Source of the DNA: Candidatus Portnoybacteria bacterium RBG_13_40_8
Lineage (GTDB): Bacteria > Patescibacteriota > Minisyncoccia > RBG-13-40-8-A
DNA: 48,420 nucleotides
Reading direction: 5' to 3'
Assembly: GCA_001819435.1 (NCBI GenBank)
Contig: MHMT01000013.1
Location: 1 to 48,420 of the forward strand
The first letter of the stretch is position 1. Each line of letters begins with the position of its first letter. The notes under the pieces are model-generated. The model had not been told where the DNA came from. It made no database searches and saw nothing but the letters and a program-made list of their open reading frames with translations. This document shows, one piece after another, positions 47,662-48,420 of this stretch. The position numbers and the translations under genes are program-made.

Positions 47662-48420
47662 CTAGACTTTTCCCTCGCTTCCAAATAATTTTATCTTTTC
47701 AGCAACTACTTTTTTCATTTCTTCTACTGCCGGTGTCAAAATTTTATATGGCTTGACTTCGTCCGGATGAGCTTTTATCTCTCTTTCCAGAGCATCGCTG
47801 TAGGCAATTCTAAGCTCGGTATTTATATTTATTTTCACTATTCCTAATTTAATCGCTCCTTTAATGTCCTTTTCCGGTGTTTTTGAACCGCCGTGAAGAA
47901 CTAAAAACGTCCTGGGGACCACTTTCTGGATTTCTTCTAATCTGTCGAGAAAAAGCGGCGGCTCTTCTTCTATTTCTATTCCGTGAGTATTACCAATGAC
48001 TACTGCCAAAATATCAATGCCAGTTTTTTCAATAAATTCTCTTGCCTCGTCTGGCTTAGTCAAGTCTTCTTCTTTGATTTCTATTTTCTCTTTATGAATT
48101 TCCGAACTACCCCTTAAATATCCCAATTCTGCCTCAACTATAATTTCGGGATTTTTACTTTTGGCGTATTCTACAATTTGTCTGGTAGTTTTTATGTTTT
48201 CTTCAAAAGATAAACCAGAACCATCAAACTGAACCATATCGTAACCAGCATCAACCACTTCTTTGATACTGGCAAAGCTTTTGCAGTGGTCGGCATTTAA
48301 AATAATCGGCAAACCCGTCTCTTTTCGCCAAACTTCAACCAAAGCCACGGCTTGTTTCGTACCAATAAATTCCCTCTCGCTTTCTGAAGTTCCGATAATT
48401 ACTGGTGATTTTAAATCTTT
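47662..48420 (-). CDS. fba: Class II fructose-bisphosphate aldolase (C-terminal part; the ORF continues past the right edge)
   Basis: PVIIGTSESE..., ILNADHCKSF, GYDMVQFDGS and LVLHGGSKTP. The frame is open through 48420. Confidence 0.85.
   Translation of the reverse strand, partial: KDLKSPVIIGTSESEREFIGTKQAVALVEVWRKETGLPIILNADHCKSFASIKEVVDAGYDMVQFDGSGLSFEENIKTTRQIVEYAKSKNPEIIVEAELGYLRGSSEIHKEKIEIKEEDLTKPDEAREFIEKTGIDILAVVIGNTHGIEIEEEPPLFLDRLEEIQKVVPRTFLVLHGGSKTPEKDIKGAIKLGIVKININTELRIAYSDALEREIKAHPDEVKPYKILTPAVEEMKKVVAEKIKLFGSEGKV

Overview
AT-rich, gene-dense chromosomal segment in which almost every gene is on the minus strand. The gene content and the many shortened core proteins suggest a reduced-genome bacterium of the Patescibacteria/CPR type; this is an inference from short RpoA, HrcA, DnaJ, EF-Ts, RF1 and AlaRS, not a database result. 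Recognisable blocks are: a surface-protein/sortase/CAP-domain cluster; the infA-rpmJ-rpsM-rpsK-rpsD-rpoA-rplQ-rplM-rpsI ribosomal block; mnmA-alaS-ftsA-like; a CIRCE-controlled hrcA-grpE-dnaK-dnaJ operon; corA-cysS-dnaB-recR on the plus strand; rmuC and a CaCA antiporter; the dcw genes mraZ-rsmH-ftsL-ftsI-murF; a membrane-anchored Clp/Hsp100 ATPase; rplJ-rplL with a leader; mltG and pcm; a tRNA/rpmG cluster; rpsB-tsf; rpmE-prfA; rplY; and a partial class II aldolase. Six tRNAs were found by hand: Glu-CTC, Val-CAC, Trp-CCA, Thr-GGT, Tyr-GTA and Thr-TGT. TGA is used as a stop codon in the ATGA overlaps at 3707 and 4054, so the standard code applies. No CRISPR array, transposase, integrase or recognisable defence genes are present. 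The most unusual content is non-coding. (1) A ~130-nt structured repeat occurs three times, each copy starting 3-4 nt after a stop codon; its terminal arms and a 9-bp GC hairpin covary while the loop and flanks are invariant. (2) A ~55-nt Y-shaped palindromic element occurs twice, in the corA 5' UTR and in the rplJ-rplL spacer. (3) A 135-nt element bounded by 20-bp inverted repeats sits between CIRCE and the hrcA start codon. (4) A GC-rich candidate small RNA has its own promoter. (5) Three small higher-GC loci carry consensus Shine-Dalgarno sites and GC-rich terminators, whereas most neighbouring genes have no SD. All coordinates for small features were counted by hand and may be off by 1-2 nt.
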